A program made the position numbers and the translations under genes. A stretch of 64,000 nucleotides of DNA, from NCBI GenBank assembly GCA_963733675.1, contig CAVTET010000001.1, positions 352,001 to 416,000 on the forward strand, written 5' to 3'. Numbering within the stretch: the stretch's first letter is position 1; each line of letters opens with the position of its first letter. The stretch comes from an uncultured Methanosarcinaceae archaeon (GTDB taxonomy: Archaea; Halobacteriota; Methanosarcinia; Methanosarcinales; Methanosarcinaceae). This document shows, one piece after another, positions 46,013-57,975 of this stretch. The notes beneath the pieces are model-generated. The model was not told the origin of the DNA. It saw only the letters and a program-made list of their open reading frames with translations, and ran no database searches.

Positions 46013-46291
46013 TAAAGTGAAACGATAAAAAAGATTGAGGAATAACCAAATAGAATCTCAAAAAGGTTTTCAAACAGAATTATGTAGCTATGCAATCAAA
46101 TGAAGCTTTCTGAACCTATTTTAGCATTTGCAGAAATCATAGGGATTCACGACCGAAAAGGAAAATGGAGTTCCGGAAAAGAGGATATCTCAGGTGAATA
46201 TAGAGTTGCTCAAAATAAATAGATATTAAGAGAACTTTCAGTCACATGTTTTTTAAAATATTAACTGATCAAAGAGAGAACACCGATTTAT

Positions 46292-46858
46292 ATGGATTCC
46301 AAAAAAATACATATTCTATTGAATCTAAATGGGATGATTTATAACAAATTGCTCCGAACTGCAGGCCCTTTCTTTTTAAGAAAGTGGAAGAAAATATATA
46401 AAGATTGCATTTTAACTATAGAGGATTACCTGCTTCCTGAAGTTCTTAGAATTCAGGTAGAAGTATTCAATCGTGAAAACAGGGAAAAACTTGTAAACTA
46501 CTCAAAGAGCTTCAGAGATGTCTTCTATGTTATTAATAATAACGATAAGGTTATAGGCTACTGTATTTATTATTTAAAACCAGCACTTTCTTTTAAGGGT
46601 TTTGAGATGCAATCGGTTCTTTCTGCACTCGCGATTGACATTAATTTTAGAGGCAAGGGTTTTGCTGAGAGACTATTGAAAGAAAGTATTGAGGAAATGA
46701 AACTAAATGGAATAACGGTTATTACATTATATGTACAGATAAACAATCATCATGCTATACAATTATACAAAAAAATTGGTTTTAGGATAATTACTGAGAC
46801 TAAAAATATATGCGGCTACGGGGAAATTTGTTATAAAATGGAATTGAAACTTGTTTAA
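46292..46858 (+). CDS. GNAT (RimI-like) acetyltransferase
   Basis: LAIDINFRGKGFAERLL and NHHAIQLYKKIGF motifs. Confidence 0.85.
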   Translation: MDSKKIHILLNLNGMIYNKLLRTAGPFFLRKWKKIYKDCILTIEDYLLPEVLRIQVEVFNRENREKLVNYSKSFRDVFYVINNNDKVIGYCIYYLKPALSFKGFEMQSVLSALAIDINFRGKGFAERLLKESIEEMKLNGITVITLYVQINNHHAIQLYKKIGFRIITETKNICGYGEICYKMELKLV

Positions 46859-47020
46859 TCTTTTTACCCTTGATCTATAATAAAATTTATCTCAAATGAA
46901 ATTTGCTATTAACTTATTTTTGTTCTTAATTCAGTACTTTACTAACCATTAATAGATGATTTAAACGTAGATCTATCTATTTAATCTTTCTTAAACGGTG
47001 ATTGACAACATAGCTTTATC

Positions 47021-47169
47021 GGTTCCGTTGCAAAAAATCTGGCTATTTTACAAAACAAGTAAGAAACATCACAAATAAAATATTTATATGCCATAAACAG
47101 GTCAATAATGATACAAAAAGCAATAGTTATAACCTAAAAAGGCAGTAAAATTATTTTTGCAACAGTACC
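47021..47169 (+). mobile_element. Diverged MITE-A copy 5
   Basis: GGTTCCGTTGCAAAAAATCTGGC ... TTATTTTTGCAACAGTACC; about 150 bp; body diverged. Confidence 0.8.
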
Positions 47170-47267
47170 AAAAAACTTAATTAACTTTATACCCTCAATA
47201 AACTTCTTGAAAAATGAGGCCAAAAGGTATATTTTTGCTAATTTAGATGATGTTAATAGATCGATTG

Positions 47268-47463
47268 GTAACTATTCAACCTATAAAAAATAAGTTAAAA
47301 AATATCTATCTCGATGCAACAGATACTTCTGATTACTAACTGATGGATGAATAAAAACCATGATCATATACTCCAGTTAAATGAAATTAGTCCACCGAGA
47401 TTTACTCATTGAAGTTTAGGAAAGATAATTATAGATATTGCTTTGTTCAGGTTGAATAGTTCT
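47268..47463. mobile_element. ~195-bp element with GTAA-type TIRs (possibly IS66-derived)
   Basis: GTAACTATTCAACCT ... AGGTTGAATAGTT; a related lone end CAGGCTGAATAGTTAC lies at about 40615-40630. Confidence 0.45.
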
Positions 47464-47656
47464 TATAATCGTTCTTATAATTATGATAAAAATCTAAACT
47501 GTTTCATCTAATATATAAAATGATATTATACTCATAAATATTACCAAATCAACTTGAGCTAAAAATAAGCTTGATTTTATCAAAAATTAGTGGATACTGT
47601 AAGAATTAAATTAGAAGTAAAAAGAGATTGCTATAAATAGAGGCAATTTATTTTTT

Positions 47657-48286
47657 CTACCTCTTTCCAGCAAAAAAACCTGTAATCAGAAGTACAAACC
47701 CCAGCCCCAAGAGGAAAAGAGGCATATCAAAACCTTCAACTTGAGTTTCTAAGCCCTTTGATTCATAAGGCTTATTGTCCGAAGAAGTGGATAGAGATCC
47801 ATCAAATGTTTGTGGAATAGGAAGCTTAGGATCCAGGTGTTGATATACAGGTGAGAACTTGACCAAAACCCCGTCTGCACCTGCGTATACGGTGCTTACC
47901 GTTAGATTAAAAATTTCTATAGAGTCATTTAAATATATAAATTGAGAGCCTTCAGTGACAATGTCATTCTTGAGCGGATTCCCTTCTCTACGAAGCTCAA
48001 GCCATACCCTTTTCCCTTCAGTATCTGTTCCTTTCACATAAAGCTGATAATCCTGCAAAAAAGTATGATAGCTTCCAGATCTCACATAAATTTTATCTCC
48101 ATTGATCAGAACAATAGAGAGCTTCTTCCCAGAGCCGGTAGCTAAGGCAGGTGACATAGAGTAAAAAATAACTGAAAAGAATATAGATATAACAAGGAAA
48201 AAGGAAAATAAAGGGAGAATATTTATTCTCTCATCTTCTTTCTTTTCGTGTTTACTTGGGACGAGCATAAATGCATCTGCCTGCAA
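47657..48286 (-). CDS. S-layer-domain-like cell-surface protein with C-terminal TM anchor
   Basis: N-terminal hydrophobic signal; YQLYVKGTDTEGKRVWLEL beta-domain; EGF plus TM plus GKR tail. Start uncertain (possible frameshift after the ATG near 48234). Confidence 0.65.
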   Translation of the reverse strand: MQADAFMLVPSKHEKKEDERINILPLFSFFLVISIFFSVIFYSMSPALATGSGKKLSIVLINGDKIYVRSGSYHTFLQDYQLYVKGTDTEGKRVWLELRREGNPLKNDIVTEGSQFIYLNDSIEIFNLTVSTVYAGADGVLVKFSPVYQHLDPKLPIPQTFDGSLSTSSDNKPYESKGLETQVEGFDMPLFLLGLGFVLLITGFFAGKR

Positions 48287-49229
48287 TAATTTCTTCCCTG
48301 GTATCGTCTGCTTTTCTTATTACAAGAGCTCCGTCAGGAGTTACTCCCACAGCTTTACCTTCTATAATTCGAGAAGGTGTAATGACCTTAACATTTTTTC
48401 CAATGGTATCTGAAAGAGCAAGCCAGTCATTAAGGATATGTGAAAAAGGTCTGGTCTTGAAATTTATGTACTGCTGCTCAAGCTCGGAGAGAAAATCTTG
48501 AAGAAACGAAACTCTTTTTATATGTTTCCCAAGCTCAACTTTCAGAGTTGTTGAGCCCGAACGGAAAGACTCGGGAATATCTTTTAAGTCCATATTCACA
48601 TTAATCCCTATTCCCAGCACTACATAGTCCACTCTATCCATCTCAGCATTTGCCTCAGTGAGGATTCCACATACTTTCTTCCCATTGATGTGGACATCAT
48701 TAGGCCATTTGATGCGTGCGTCAAGGCCTATATCACGAATAGCATTTGCGACTGCAAGCCCGGCAACAAGAGTAAGTCTTGAAGCATGCCTTATAGGAAT
48801 ACCTGGTTTGAGGATCACGGACATCCATATACCGCCGTGTGGAGAGATCCATTCCCTGCCCATGCGGCCTCTGCCTCCAGTCTGTATTTCAGAGATTATG
48901 AGCGTGCCTTCCTCTTCGGAAACCGCTATTTCCTTTGCAATACTATTTGTAGAATTTACCTCCTCGAAATAATGAATCTTCTGTCCCAGAAGAGTTGTTT
49001 TGAGCCCCATCTGGATTTCTTCCGGGTACAGAAATTGAGGTATGGATTTAAGGACATAACCTCTTTTTGGGGACGATCCTATCTCATAACCATCAGTCTT
49101 GAGGGCCTTGATATATTTCCAGACCATTGTCCTGGAAATTCCTAACTTAAGCCCCATTTCTTCTCCAGAAACAGGGCTTTTCTGTGCATCTTTAAGTTCC
49201 TTGATAATTTGAGATCTTTTATCTCCCAT
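48252..49229 (-). CDS. birA: Biotin-protein ligase with N-terminal HTH
   Basis: VSGEEMG..ISRTMVWKYI HTH; QTGGRGRMGREW, KWPND, KKVCGILTE. Confidence 0.95.
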   Translation of the reverse strand: MGDKRSQIIKELKDAQKSPVSGEEMGLKLGISRTMVWKYIKALKTDGYEIGSSPKRGYVLKSIPQFLYPEEIQMGLKTTLLGQKIHYFEEVNSTNSIAKEIAVSEEEGTLIISEIQTGGRGRMGREWISPHGGIWMSVILKPGIPIRHASRLTLVAGLAVANAIRDIGLDARIKWPNDVHINGKKVCGILTEANAEMDRVDYVVLGIGINVNMDLKDIPESFRSGSTTLKVELGKHIKRVSFLQDFLSELEQQYINFKTRPFSHILNDWLALSDTIGKNVKVITPSRIIEGKAVGVTPDGALVIRKADDTREEIIAGRCIYARPK

Positions 49230-49359
49230 CAATGCACCCCATATAAATCTCTATACGTTCCACAGTATTTATTTCTTTAGTTTATTCTCCTATGGCAAGA
49301 TGATAAAACATATGGTAGTAAGGAATAAATCTAGTTCATGTTTCTCGGAAAGGTACTTG

Positions 49360-50841
49360 TTAACGCTGCATTTTCTGGGCCATGCTGACATAGGCATACA
49401 CTGCAGCTGTAATAGCTGCAACCTTTTTGTCTTTTGCTCCAATTGCCGAAGCTAGAGTATCCCCCTTTTCGGCTTCTGATTTGACGATATCTTCAACAAA
49501 TTCCAGAATGTTATGATCTTCAATAAAAGCAGTTGTAATATTGCCACTGCGAAAATTTGGGTTGCGCATGACAGCTTTATGGAATGGGATATTAGTCTTT
49601 ACTCCCACAACCACATACTCGTACAGAGCTCTTTCCATCCTGGCAATCGCTAAATCTCTTGTCCTTTCCCAGACACATAGCTTAGAGATCATTGAATCAT
49701 AATAAGGAGAAATTGTATAACCTGTATGTACTCCACTATCAACTCTGACGCCCGGGCCACCTGCAGATCGATATCCCCGAATCTTTCCAGGGGAAGGAGC
49801 GAAGTCATTTAATGGATCTTCAGCGTTGATTCTACATTCAATAGCATGTCCATTAATACAAATATCTTCCTGCATAACATCAACCCTCTCTCCCCACGCA
49901 ATCCTAAGCTGTTCCCTTACAATATCAATGCCAGTAACCATTTCAGTAATCCCATGTTCAACTTGCAAACGGGTATTGACCTCAAGAAAATAGAAATCAC
50001 CCCTTGAATAAAGGAACTCTACCGTACCTGCATTTACATAACCAATCGCTTTAGCCACTTTTACTGAGGCTTCCCCCATCTGTGCCCTGAGTTCAGAGGT
50101 CATGATAGGAGAAGGAGCTTCTTCGATAAGCTTCTGATGTCTTCTCTGGATGGAACATTCTCTATCAGAGAGGTAAATTGTATTTCCATATGAATCGGCC
50201 AGTATCTGAATCTCTATATGCCTAGGTTCCTCTAAATATTTTTCAATAAAAACCGAAGAGTCCCCAAAAGCCGAACCAGCCATCTGCCTTGTAGAACCGA
50301 AAGTAGTCACCAATTCTTCCCTGCAATGAGCTACTTTCATTCCGATTCCGCCACCTCCTGCAGATGCTTTAATTATAACCGGGTATCCAATGTTTTCTGC
50401 AAATACTTTAGCCTCGTCCAAATCATCTACTGCATCTTTCGTCCCAGGTACAACAGATACTCCTGCTTTCATCATAAGATGACGGGCCCTGATCTTGTTT
50501 CCCATCTCAGCAATCACATGACTAGGAGGACCTATGAAAATAAGTCCTTCCTCTTCACACCGCTCTGCAAAGACAGGATTTTCTGAAAGGAAACCATAGC
50601 CTGGATGTATTGCATCAGAGTCCGTATTTTTTGCAACTGCAAGAATAGCTTCAATATTCAGATAGCTTTTGCTGGAAGGAGCCGGACCTATCAAGTAGGC
50701 GTCATCTGCATATTTGGCAAAAAGTGCATTTTTGTCGGCTTCAGAGCAGACAGCTACAGTAGATATTCCAAGCTCCCGACAAGCGCGCATAACCCGAATA
50801 GCAATCTCACCGCGGTTTGCAACAAGTACTTTTTTGAACAT
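49360..50841 (-). CDS. pycA: Pyruvate carboxylase subunit A (biotin carboxylase)
   Basis: [38 protein letters not shown]. Confidence 0.95.
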   Translation of the reverse strand: MFKKVLVANRGEIAIRVMRACRELGISTVAVCSEADKNALFAKYADDAYLIGPAPSSKSYLNIEAILAVAKNTDSDAIHPGYGFLSENPVFAERCEEEGLIFIGPPSHVIAEMGNKIRARHLMMKAGVSVVPGTKDAVDDLDEAKVFAENIGYPVIIKASAGGGGIGMKVAHCREELVTTFGSTRQMAGSAFGDSSVFIEKYLEEPRHIEIQILADSYGNTIYLSDRECSIQRRHQKLIEEAPSPIMTSELRAQMGEASVKVAKAIGYVNAGTVEFLYSRGDFYFLEVNTRLQVEHGITEMVTGIDIVREQLRIAWGERVDVMQEDICINGHAIECRINAEDPLNDFAPSPGKIRGYRSAGGPGVRVDSGVHTGYTISPYYDSMISKLCVWERTRDLAIARMERALYEYVVVGVKTNIPFHKAVMRNPNFRSGNITTAFIEDHNILEFVEDIVKSEAEKGDTLASAIGAKDKKVAAITAAVYAYVSMAQKMQR

Positions 50842-50860
50842 AGTACCTTCCACAGTTTAT

Positions 50861-52582
50861 TTATTGAATTGACAGTATAATATCACCAGGAGATACAGTA
50901 TCCCCTTCTGAAACAAAGATTTCTTTAACGATACCTGAGTGAGGGGCATGAATAGAGTTCTCCATCTTCATAGCTTCGATGACAGTAATTGTATCGCCTT
51001 CTGCAACAACGTCCTCAACTTTGACCTTAATAGAAAGAACCATACCCTGCATTGAGCTTTTCACAGCGCCTTCAACGGATTGAGCACTCGATTTTTTAGG
51101 CGACAATTTGGATATGGAAACTCCACTGTCGAGAGGCTCAACCTTTACCTCGTAGACATCTTCGTCCACCTCAACCTTGAAATGAGTTGGGATTGTATAC
51201 TCATTCTGAACTGTAGTCTCATGGGTAACTACATCGAGAGATTCTTCTTCGACTTCTCCTTTTAGGAACTTTGGAGCAATAGCTGGATAGAGAATGTAGG
51301 TAAGAATATCTTCCTCGGATTTTGCTATACCCATGTCCTCTGCTTCTTTTTTTTTCTTATTATATTCAGGCTTCAGGAGGTCTGCAGGACGGCTGTTTAT
51401 AGGTTCTTCGTCTCCGATAATCTTGCCTATGATCTCAGGTCTTAATGGAGCAGGAGATCTTCCATAAAGCCCGCGAACATAATCCTTCACTTCTTTTGGA
51501 ACAACTTTGTAGCGTTCGCCCATGAGAACATTAAGCACCGCCTGAGTACCCACTATTTGGCTCGTGGGGGTAACAAGAGGTGGATATCCGAGTTCCTCTC
51601 TAACTCTTGGCATTTCCTCGAGAACAGCCTCGTATTTGTCAAGAGCATTCTGCTCCTTTAATTGAGATACCAGATTTGAGAGCATTCCTCCAGGGATCTG
51701 ATAGATAAGTACATTGGTATCAATCTGTTCGGAGATAGGATCCAGAATTTCTCTATATCTTTCTTTTAAATTTTTGAAATATGTAACAACTTCCTTGAAA
51801 AGCTTCAGATCCAGACCAGTGTCATAAGGTGTACCTTTAAGAGCTGCTATAACAGTCTCAGTGGCAGGCTGAGAAGTCCCCCAGGCAAGAGGAGAAATAG
51901 CGGTATCCAGAATATCCACTCCTGCGTAGCAAGCTGACATATAGCTCATCGGGGCCATTCCAGAGGTGCAGTGGCAGTGCAGAGAAATAGGGATGGAGAT
52001 TTGTTTTTTCATTGCAACGATTATCTTAGTGGCTTCATCTGGGGAAAGCAAACCTGCCATATCTTTGATACAAAGGGAATTACACTCCAGTTCTTCAAGT
52101 TGTGTTGCAAGTTCTACATACTTTTCAACCGTATGCACTGGACTGAGAGTATAGCAAACTGTACCCTGTACATGAGCACCAAGTTTTTTTGCCACTTTGA
52201 TAGAAAGTTCCATATTCCGGATATCGTTGACAGCATCAAAAATCCGAAAAACATCAATTCCGTTTTCATAAGACTTCGTAACAAATTTCTCGACTACGTC
52301 ATCTGAATAATGCCTATATCCAACAAGATTTTGGCCCCTGAGAAGCATCTGAGCATAGGTATTTTTCATCCTCTTCTTTATGTCCCTCAAGCGTTGCCAA
52401 GGATCTTCGTTAAGGTAACGGATACAACTATCAAAGGTAGCACCTCCCCACATTTCAAGGGAGAAATAACCAATTTCGTCTAATTGTTCAACCACTTCGA
52501 GCATGTCCCTTGTCCGCATTCTAGTTGCCAGGAGAGACTGGTGTGCATCCCGAAGGACTGTTTCAGTAATTTTGACACTCAT
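50861..52582 (-). CDS. pycB: Pyruvate carboxylase subunit B
   Basis: LRDAHQSLLATR, CIKDMAG, HCH and the biotinylation motif EAMKM. Confidence 0.95.
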   Translation of the reverse strand: MSVKITETVLRDAHQSLLATRMRTRDMLEVVEQLDEIGYFSLEMWGGATFDSCIRYLNEDPWQRLRDIKKRMKNTYAQMLLRGQNLVGYRHYSDDVVEKFVTKSYENGIDVFRIFDAVNDIRNMELSIKVAKKLGAHVQGTVCYTLSPVHTVEKYVELATQLEELECNSLCIKDMAGLLSPDEATKIIVAMKKQISIPISLHCHCTSGMAPMSYMSACYAGVDILDTAISPLAWGTSQPATETVIAALKGTPYDTGLDLKLFKEVVTYFKNLKERYREILDPISEQIDTNVLIYQIPGGMLSNLVSQLKEQNALDKYEAVLEEMPRVREELGYPPLVTPTSQIVGTQAVLNVLMGERYKVVPKEVKDYVRGLYGRSPAPLRPEIIGKIIGDEEPINSRPADLLKPEYNKKKKEAEDMGIAKSEEDILTYILYPAIAPKFLKGEVEEESLDVVTHETTVQNEYTIPTHFKVEVDEDVYEVKVEPLDSGVSISKLSPKKSSAQSVEGAVKSSMQGMVLSIKVKVEDVVAEGDTITVIEAMKMENSIHAPHSGIVKEIFVSEGDTVSPGDIILSIQ

Positions 52583-53028
52583 GGATGAACCTCTTAAAAT
52601 CGGATCAAAATAAATAGTATACTTAATGGGTGGATGGATTGATCAAAAGTTTCTGAAATCTATAGAGGGTGATATTTTGATCTGTTTGAGTAAAACTCCT
52701 AAGTTTTCTGATCGCGACTCTTGGTACCATTTCCTGTGATTTGACCGCAACAAGGATTTCTTTGGTCAGATAAAAAAAGGCACCAGAATCGAAAGCATGA
52801 GATAATCAATTTAAATATCAAAGGGCAATATTCTACAGATATTGCTCCTTGATCTCTAAATATACAATTGTTAACAAGTATATACTTTTCGCCTGTTAAC
52901 ATTAAATAAGTATAATAGGAAAAGTACCAAAATTATTAGGCCACCAAAAAATCCCTTTTTCTAAGGGGGGTAATTAAACCTTATTTGTAGATTAGAGATG
53001 GTTGTAGTTCTCTCACAATACAAGTACA

Positions 53029-53118
53029 GAGGATTTTGATCAACCTCTGATTTTCACGAATCAGATATATACTATCTATATAATACATGACAACATTTAC
53101 GGGTTTATCAAAATACTC
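53029..53118 (+). mobile_element. MITE-B copy
   Basis: GAGGATTTTGATCAACCTCTGATTTTCACG ... GGGTTTATCAAAATACTC. Confidence 0.75.
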
Positions 53119-53369
53119 TGCATATAAAATGAATTTTGTTACCATTTAAAAAATCACCATTTTATTCTGAAATAATTCCACCTCAAAATTCATTTAAAAT
53201 GATAGTAAGTAATAAACCAATTCCCCCACGTATTCTCATACCAAATTTACATCCGAAAGGTCATAGATTCCTTAACCGATTAACAATGAATGATACTGTG
53301 ACATAAACTATATAACTGATTTCAAAATAACAAAAAAGTGGATCAGAAGATGTATTTTATTTATTTCTT

Positions 53370-53753
53370 TCACTGTTGTTTTTTAAGCCTTCCTAAAAAA
53401 CCATTCAGCCCTGCTTTATGTCTGGCTTCATCCAAAGAAGCTCTTTCAAAAAAAAGAGCAGCTCTTATGTTGCCTTCCTCTCTAGCTATTTTTGCAGCTT
53501 CAGCTTTCTCAAATTCAGCTTTGCTTTCTCCTGATAGCATCATTTCTAGATTATCAAGGGTTTTTTCTTTAACGAGTCCAAGAATCTCAGCTACTTCCGT
53601 AGCATGCCAGGCTTCATCCATAGCTATCTGGCGGAGGTATACTGCAATATCTGCAAGTCCTTCACTCTCAGCAACTTTTGACATTGCAAGATACCATCCG
53701 ACTTCAGTGGTTTCTCCTCTAAAAGTGTCTTTTAAAATCTGTTCAAGATTCAT
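53370..53753 (-). CDS. Rubrerythrin-like di-iron (ferritin-fold) protein
   Basis: FRGETTEVGWY, DEAWHA, GES and DEARH carboxylate/His ligands. Confidence 0.9.
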   Translation of the reverse strand: MNLEQILKDTFRGETTEVGWYLAMSKVAESEGLADIAVYLRQIAMDEAWHATEVAEILGLVKEKTLDNLEMMLSGESKAEFEKAEAAKIAREEGNIRAALFFERASLDEARHKAGLNGFLGRLKKQQ

Positions 53754-54888
53754 TAAATCACCATTTCTTCTTTGAAATAATCGCATCAATGACTTTAATT
53801 ATATATTGGCCGTCTAAAGTAGATTCTATCCGCATTTAGGCATAATAGAACTGGTCCTACAGCTTTAATTTTCTATCTGATCCAGCAAACTTAAACCTAG
53901 TATATTTGGGCAAATTAATAAAAGTTCTGGATGCAAATCAAAATTGCGGTTGTACACCTTACTTCAAGAAACTGAATATGTTCACGCTATAGATTTGGAT
54001 ATACATAAATTATTCAGACTAATATATTTTAATTTACATATCTGCTTTTTTCCTTCTAGTTCCCTCGATTTTCAATATGGTTTTTAATTACATCGGAGTC
54101 GTACCATTACCCCACAGTTTATTTTCCCAAATGAAAAATGAATTTTTTAATAGAATTGTAATTAATATAATTAAAAAATGGCATCATCTTGGGAAATTTT
54201 TATTTGTGGTATTTTTGACCCTGAATCGTTGATTAAAGTTTCAAGAGAATTATTAGAAAATGTTGCAACATGAAATAAAAGATTAAGAATTTATTGATAT
54301 CTATAATTTGCTTCATAAGGTAAAGTTATTATATCAACGATACTATATAATATAGAGAATGCAGATAATAAACTGACTGTACATAGAGAGAGTAAAATAT
54401 TTTTTTGTGTTACAATCAACGACTTCATTACATTAAATAGAGATATATCTCCGTATTTGTATAAATTTTTTTGGAATTGACGGGATGGAACTACTGACAG
54501 AAGTTAAAATATTTAGATGAATTAACAAATCAGTGTTTTAGCGTTCGAAGCATGCTTGAATTTCCGGTTGCTTAACATGAAAAGCTTCCGAAAAGATAAA
54601 ATATGAGATTTTTTTGGATACTGGGTCCTTATATTATGGATAACGATCTGGTCTAATATAAAATTAATATATAAAATAGCTAATAAAAACATTCAATTAT
54701 TGAAACAAAATAATTTCTGAGTATAATTAAAAACCTCTAACGAATAAATAAAATATATTACCAAACTGATCTATTTATTTGTAACTTAAATTTGTACAAT
54801 TATATTATGTCTGCAATATTTAGATTAATCAATTCAGGATCGTAAGTACAAGACAAGGTAGCTACAGAGCATGATTTTTATGTTTACT

Positions 54889-55068
54889 ATGGAGAATACA
54901 GAAGGTTTCGATCAGAAAACTCTTGATAAAATGAACGCTGAAGTCAAAAAAACAATGAGCAAGCACGACCCAAAATTGGAAAATTATACTAAAATATGTG
55001 AGCGGGTTGAAGATCATATCTTTGACAAATATTGTTCAGAAATATTTCGACCATCTCTTAAATTATAA
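54889..55068 (+). CDS. Small hypothetical protein
   Basis: Helical, charged 59-aa ORF MENTEGFDQKTLDKMNAEVKK...; no family recognised. Confidence 0.5.
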   Translation: MENTEGFDQKTLDKMNAEVKKTMSKHDPKLENYTKICERVEDHIFDKYCSEIFRPSLKL

Positions 55069-55384
55069 TAATTTACCGGCGGTGCAAACTATATTTCCGG
55101 TAAGTTGCAATTTTTTTAATTTTGTAACTAGCTTTTAATCTTTGTTCATGTTCATAAATTGTGGTAAATCTTAACATCAAGACTCTCTCTACAATATTCC
55201 TAAAAATTAGGGAATTCTCGTTTTTCGAATTTGATCTAAGACTCCATAATATTACCAAACACGTATTCCTACTAGCCCAGTAACTCCTGTAACTCCACGA
55301 ATACTTCCTTTTTCAGGGATCATATTGGATGCTCTTAACGTTTTTTTCTCAGACATTCAACAGAATCGACATTCTATACTTGTG

Positions 55385-55470
55385 AAAATTTAGATAAACT
55401 CCTAAATTTAGTCATTAGGGATGTAAACGGTATCTGAATGACCCTTGAAAATAAGAAGTTTATAAAAATC
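55385..55470 (-). mobile_element. MITE-B copy (strongly diverged)
   Basis: GAAAATTTAGATAAACTCCTAAATTT ... TTGAAAATAAGAAGTTTATAAAAATC. Confidence 0.5.
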
Positions 55471-55881
55471 ATATTGTTCACATATGAGAATGTTGGATTC
55501 ATTAAAAGTTAGATTATTTTTTAAGCCACTGTTATATTAAGAAAAATATATGGCATTTTTGTGTAGATATGTGGAAAGTGAATTAAATTTACAACCCGGA
55601 TTTGGATAGAAAACATCAGTGAACGTTGATTTTTTTTCTTAATTTGTTCATCAAACTTCTAGAATATATATTATCAATAGTATATTATTAAATGAATATA
55701 ACTCGGGTACTACAAATCGCTTAAACTGTAAAGAGAACTGGAATAGCTATTGGTTCAACAAATTTAATTCTCCAAGTTTCATGGAATCTTGTAAATAATT
55801 GTTGATGTTTCTACCAAAGGGCATCCCAGAAAATTTGATAGAAATATACAAATATACATCTAAGCCCTCAAACGAAGCTTA

Positions 55882-56955
55882 TTATTCGATTATCAGCGTA
55901 TCAATAATTTTCTCTGCAGCTTTTCCATCTCCAAAGGGATTGACCCAACTCTTATTTTCATTTGTCATTTTGACAGCTGATTGCATGATGCGATCAGATT
56001 CAACACCTGCCAGTATGTTAGAGCCTACTTCAAGTGTTTCAGGTCTTTCTGTATTATCTCTCAGTGTTATGCAGGGTGTTCCAAGAATGCATGTTTCCTC
56101 CTGAACACCGCCAGAATCAGTAAATACAATTCTGGCGTTAGCTTCAAGCTGAAGGAACTCCAGAAAACTCATTGGCCTTATAGACGTGATGCCTTCCAAT
56201 GAAAAACCAAACGCTTGAATCATTTTCCCTGTTCGAGGATGTACCGGAAACACCACTGGCATAGAGTATTTTTTTTGAACCATGGAAATACCTTTCAATA
56301 TTTTACTCATCTGTTCCCGATTATCAACATTTTCAGCCCTATGAAATGTAAGAAGGAAGTATTCTTTTGATTTCAATTTCAAATTATTCAAAACATTTCC
56401 TTTATTGTTAGAAATTTCTAAATTTTGAAAAACAGCGTCAACAATTGTATTACCAGTTACAAATATTTTGCTTTCTTCAATTCCCTCTTTCAGCAAATTT
56501 TGTTTTGAGAGCTCGGTGGGAGCAAAGAGAATATTTGAAACATGGTCCGCAACAACTCTATTTATTTCTTCTGGCATGCTTCTGTCATAACTTCTTAGAC
56601 CGGCCTCCACATGGCCAACTTTTATATTCACTTTGGAAGCAGCAAGAGAACCAGCAAGTACAGTATTTGTGTCACCCTGAACTAACACCACATCTGGCTT
56701 TTCATCAAGAATGACTTTTTCTATACCTACCATAATTTTACCTGTTTGCTCTGCATGACTTCCAGAGCCTATCTCAAGATTATAATCTGGTTTCGGCAAT
56801 TCAAGATCTTCGAAGAAAGCCTTATCCATCTCAAAGGAATAATGTTGGCCAGTATGCAAAATAAAATAATTAAGATTCCTTTTTTCACATTCTCTTATCA
56901 GAGGTGACATTTTAATAATTTCTGGTCTTGTGCCTAAGATTATAGATAGATTCAT
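55882..56955 (-). CDS. wecB: UDP-N-acetylglucosamine 2-epimerase (non-hydrolysing)
   Basis: GTRPEIIK, HTGQHY, QGDT, HVEAGLRS, TDSGGVQEE, TERPE. Confidence 0.95.
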   Translation of the reverse strand: MNLSIILGTRPEIIKMSPLIRECEKRNLNYFILHTGQHYSFEMDKAFFEDLELPKPDYNLEIGSGSHAEQTGKIMVGIEKVILDEKPDVVLVQGDTNTVLAGSLAASKVNIKVGHVEAGLRSYDRSMPEEINRVVADHVSNILFAPTELSKQNLLKEGIEESKIFVTGNTIVDAVFQNLEISNNKGNVLNNLKLKSKEYFLLTFHRAENVDNREQMSKILKGISMVQKKYSMPVVFPVHPRTGKMIQAFGFSLEGITSIRPMSFLEFLQLEANARIVFTDSGGVQEETCILGTPCITLRDNTERPETLEVGSNILAGVESDRIMQSAVKMTNENKSWVNPFGDGKAAEKIIDTLIIE

Positions 56956-57734
56956 TTTGATATCCCCATTTTAAGAATAAAACTATCTTAAAGTTGATTT
57001 TATCAAATTTATAAATTTTATAGCTGAAGTATAATATCGCCAATAATTAAATTTGGTGCTATCTCATTAAATAGTTAATATTTTGATAAATCTGTAATTT
57101 AACAACTCTAATGATATCCATTTACTTTGAGTAATTCTCTTGTCTTTGCAGGTGTGTTCGTCTCTAAAACTTCATTTTCTCTTTTTTTGTTTATATTCCT
57201 CTTGAACTCTGAAAGAGTCAAAAATAAATGCAATATAAACCTCATCTAATTATATATCCTTTTATTCTTCTTGAAAAGCCTATTATTTTTTCCTTTAGAT
57301 ACTTATTATCCAGTCCAAAACAGTATTAATATCCATGTTCAGTAGGATCAAATTAACAAATTTCGATTGACTGATTTTAGATAACTGTCGGCTATTGATT
57401 ATGCTTTTTTCATTTATTGATTATGTTTTTTTTTCATTTTTCATCAATTAGTAATCAAAATAGATATCAATCAACTGATTTTTGCTAGGCTAAAATAGTT
57501 GCTAAGATTTAGAAGTATTTCGAGAAATCCCTACAGGACTCTCTATTATCATACTAAATAATTATATTCTGTTTCCCGCGGATTTATTGATATTTCAATT
57601 TGGACTATATACATATTTTTAATAGTGTTAAGTAAATACTGATTTCAAACTGCTGTTAACATTTATTAATGAATTTTTACCCGGTTGATTGATAAAGTGA
57701 AATAAAAAGTCTAACTTTGCAGAATATTGGACCG

Positions 57735-57975
57735 AGTGCTTCGTTTCATATTAATATATATATTCAAAAATATTACCCAAAAAAGTCACAAAATAGTTTT
57801 AGCAGAAATACGTACAATTCCTACTTCATAGCCTAAAATATTGAATTTTCTAGCAGCGGTTGTAAAAGAATGGAATTGAGATGTATTGATGAAATTTTCT
57901 CCTGTAAGATATGAGGAAAAGTTGAAAACTAATAAGAGTGGTCATTAGGAACTACAGCAAATCGAAACTACTGTA
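57735..57975 (+). repeat. Dispersed ~220-bp repeat, copy B
   Basis: Colinear with the reverse complement of 33720-33960. Confidence 0.65.

Noticed and set aside
55255-55330. MIPEKGSIRGV fragment resembling an IS1-type HTH
   Set aside because: Too short and degraded to call.
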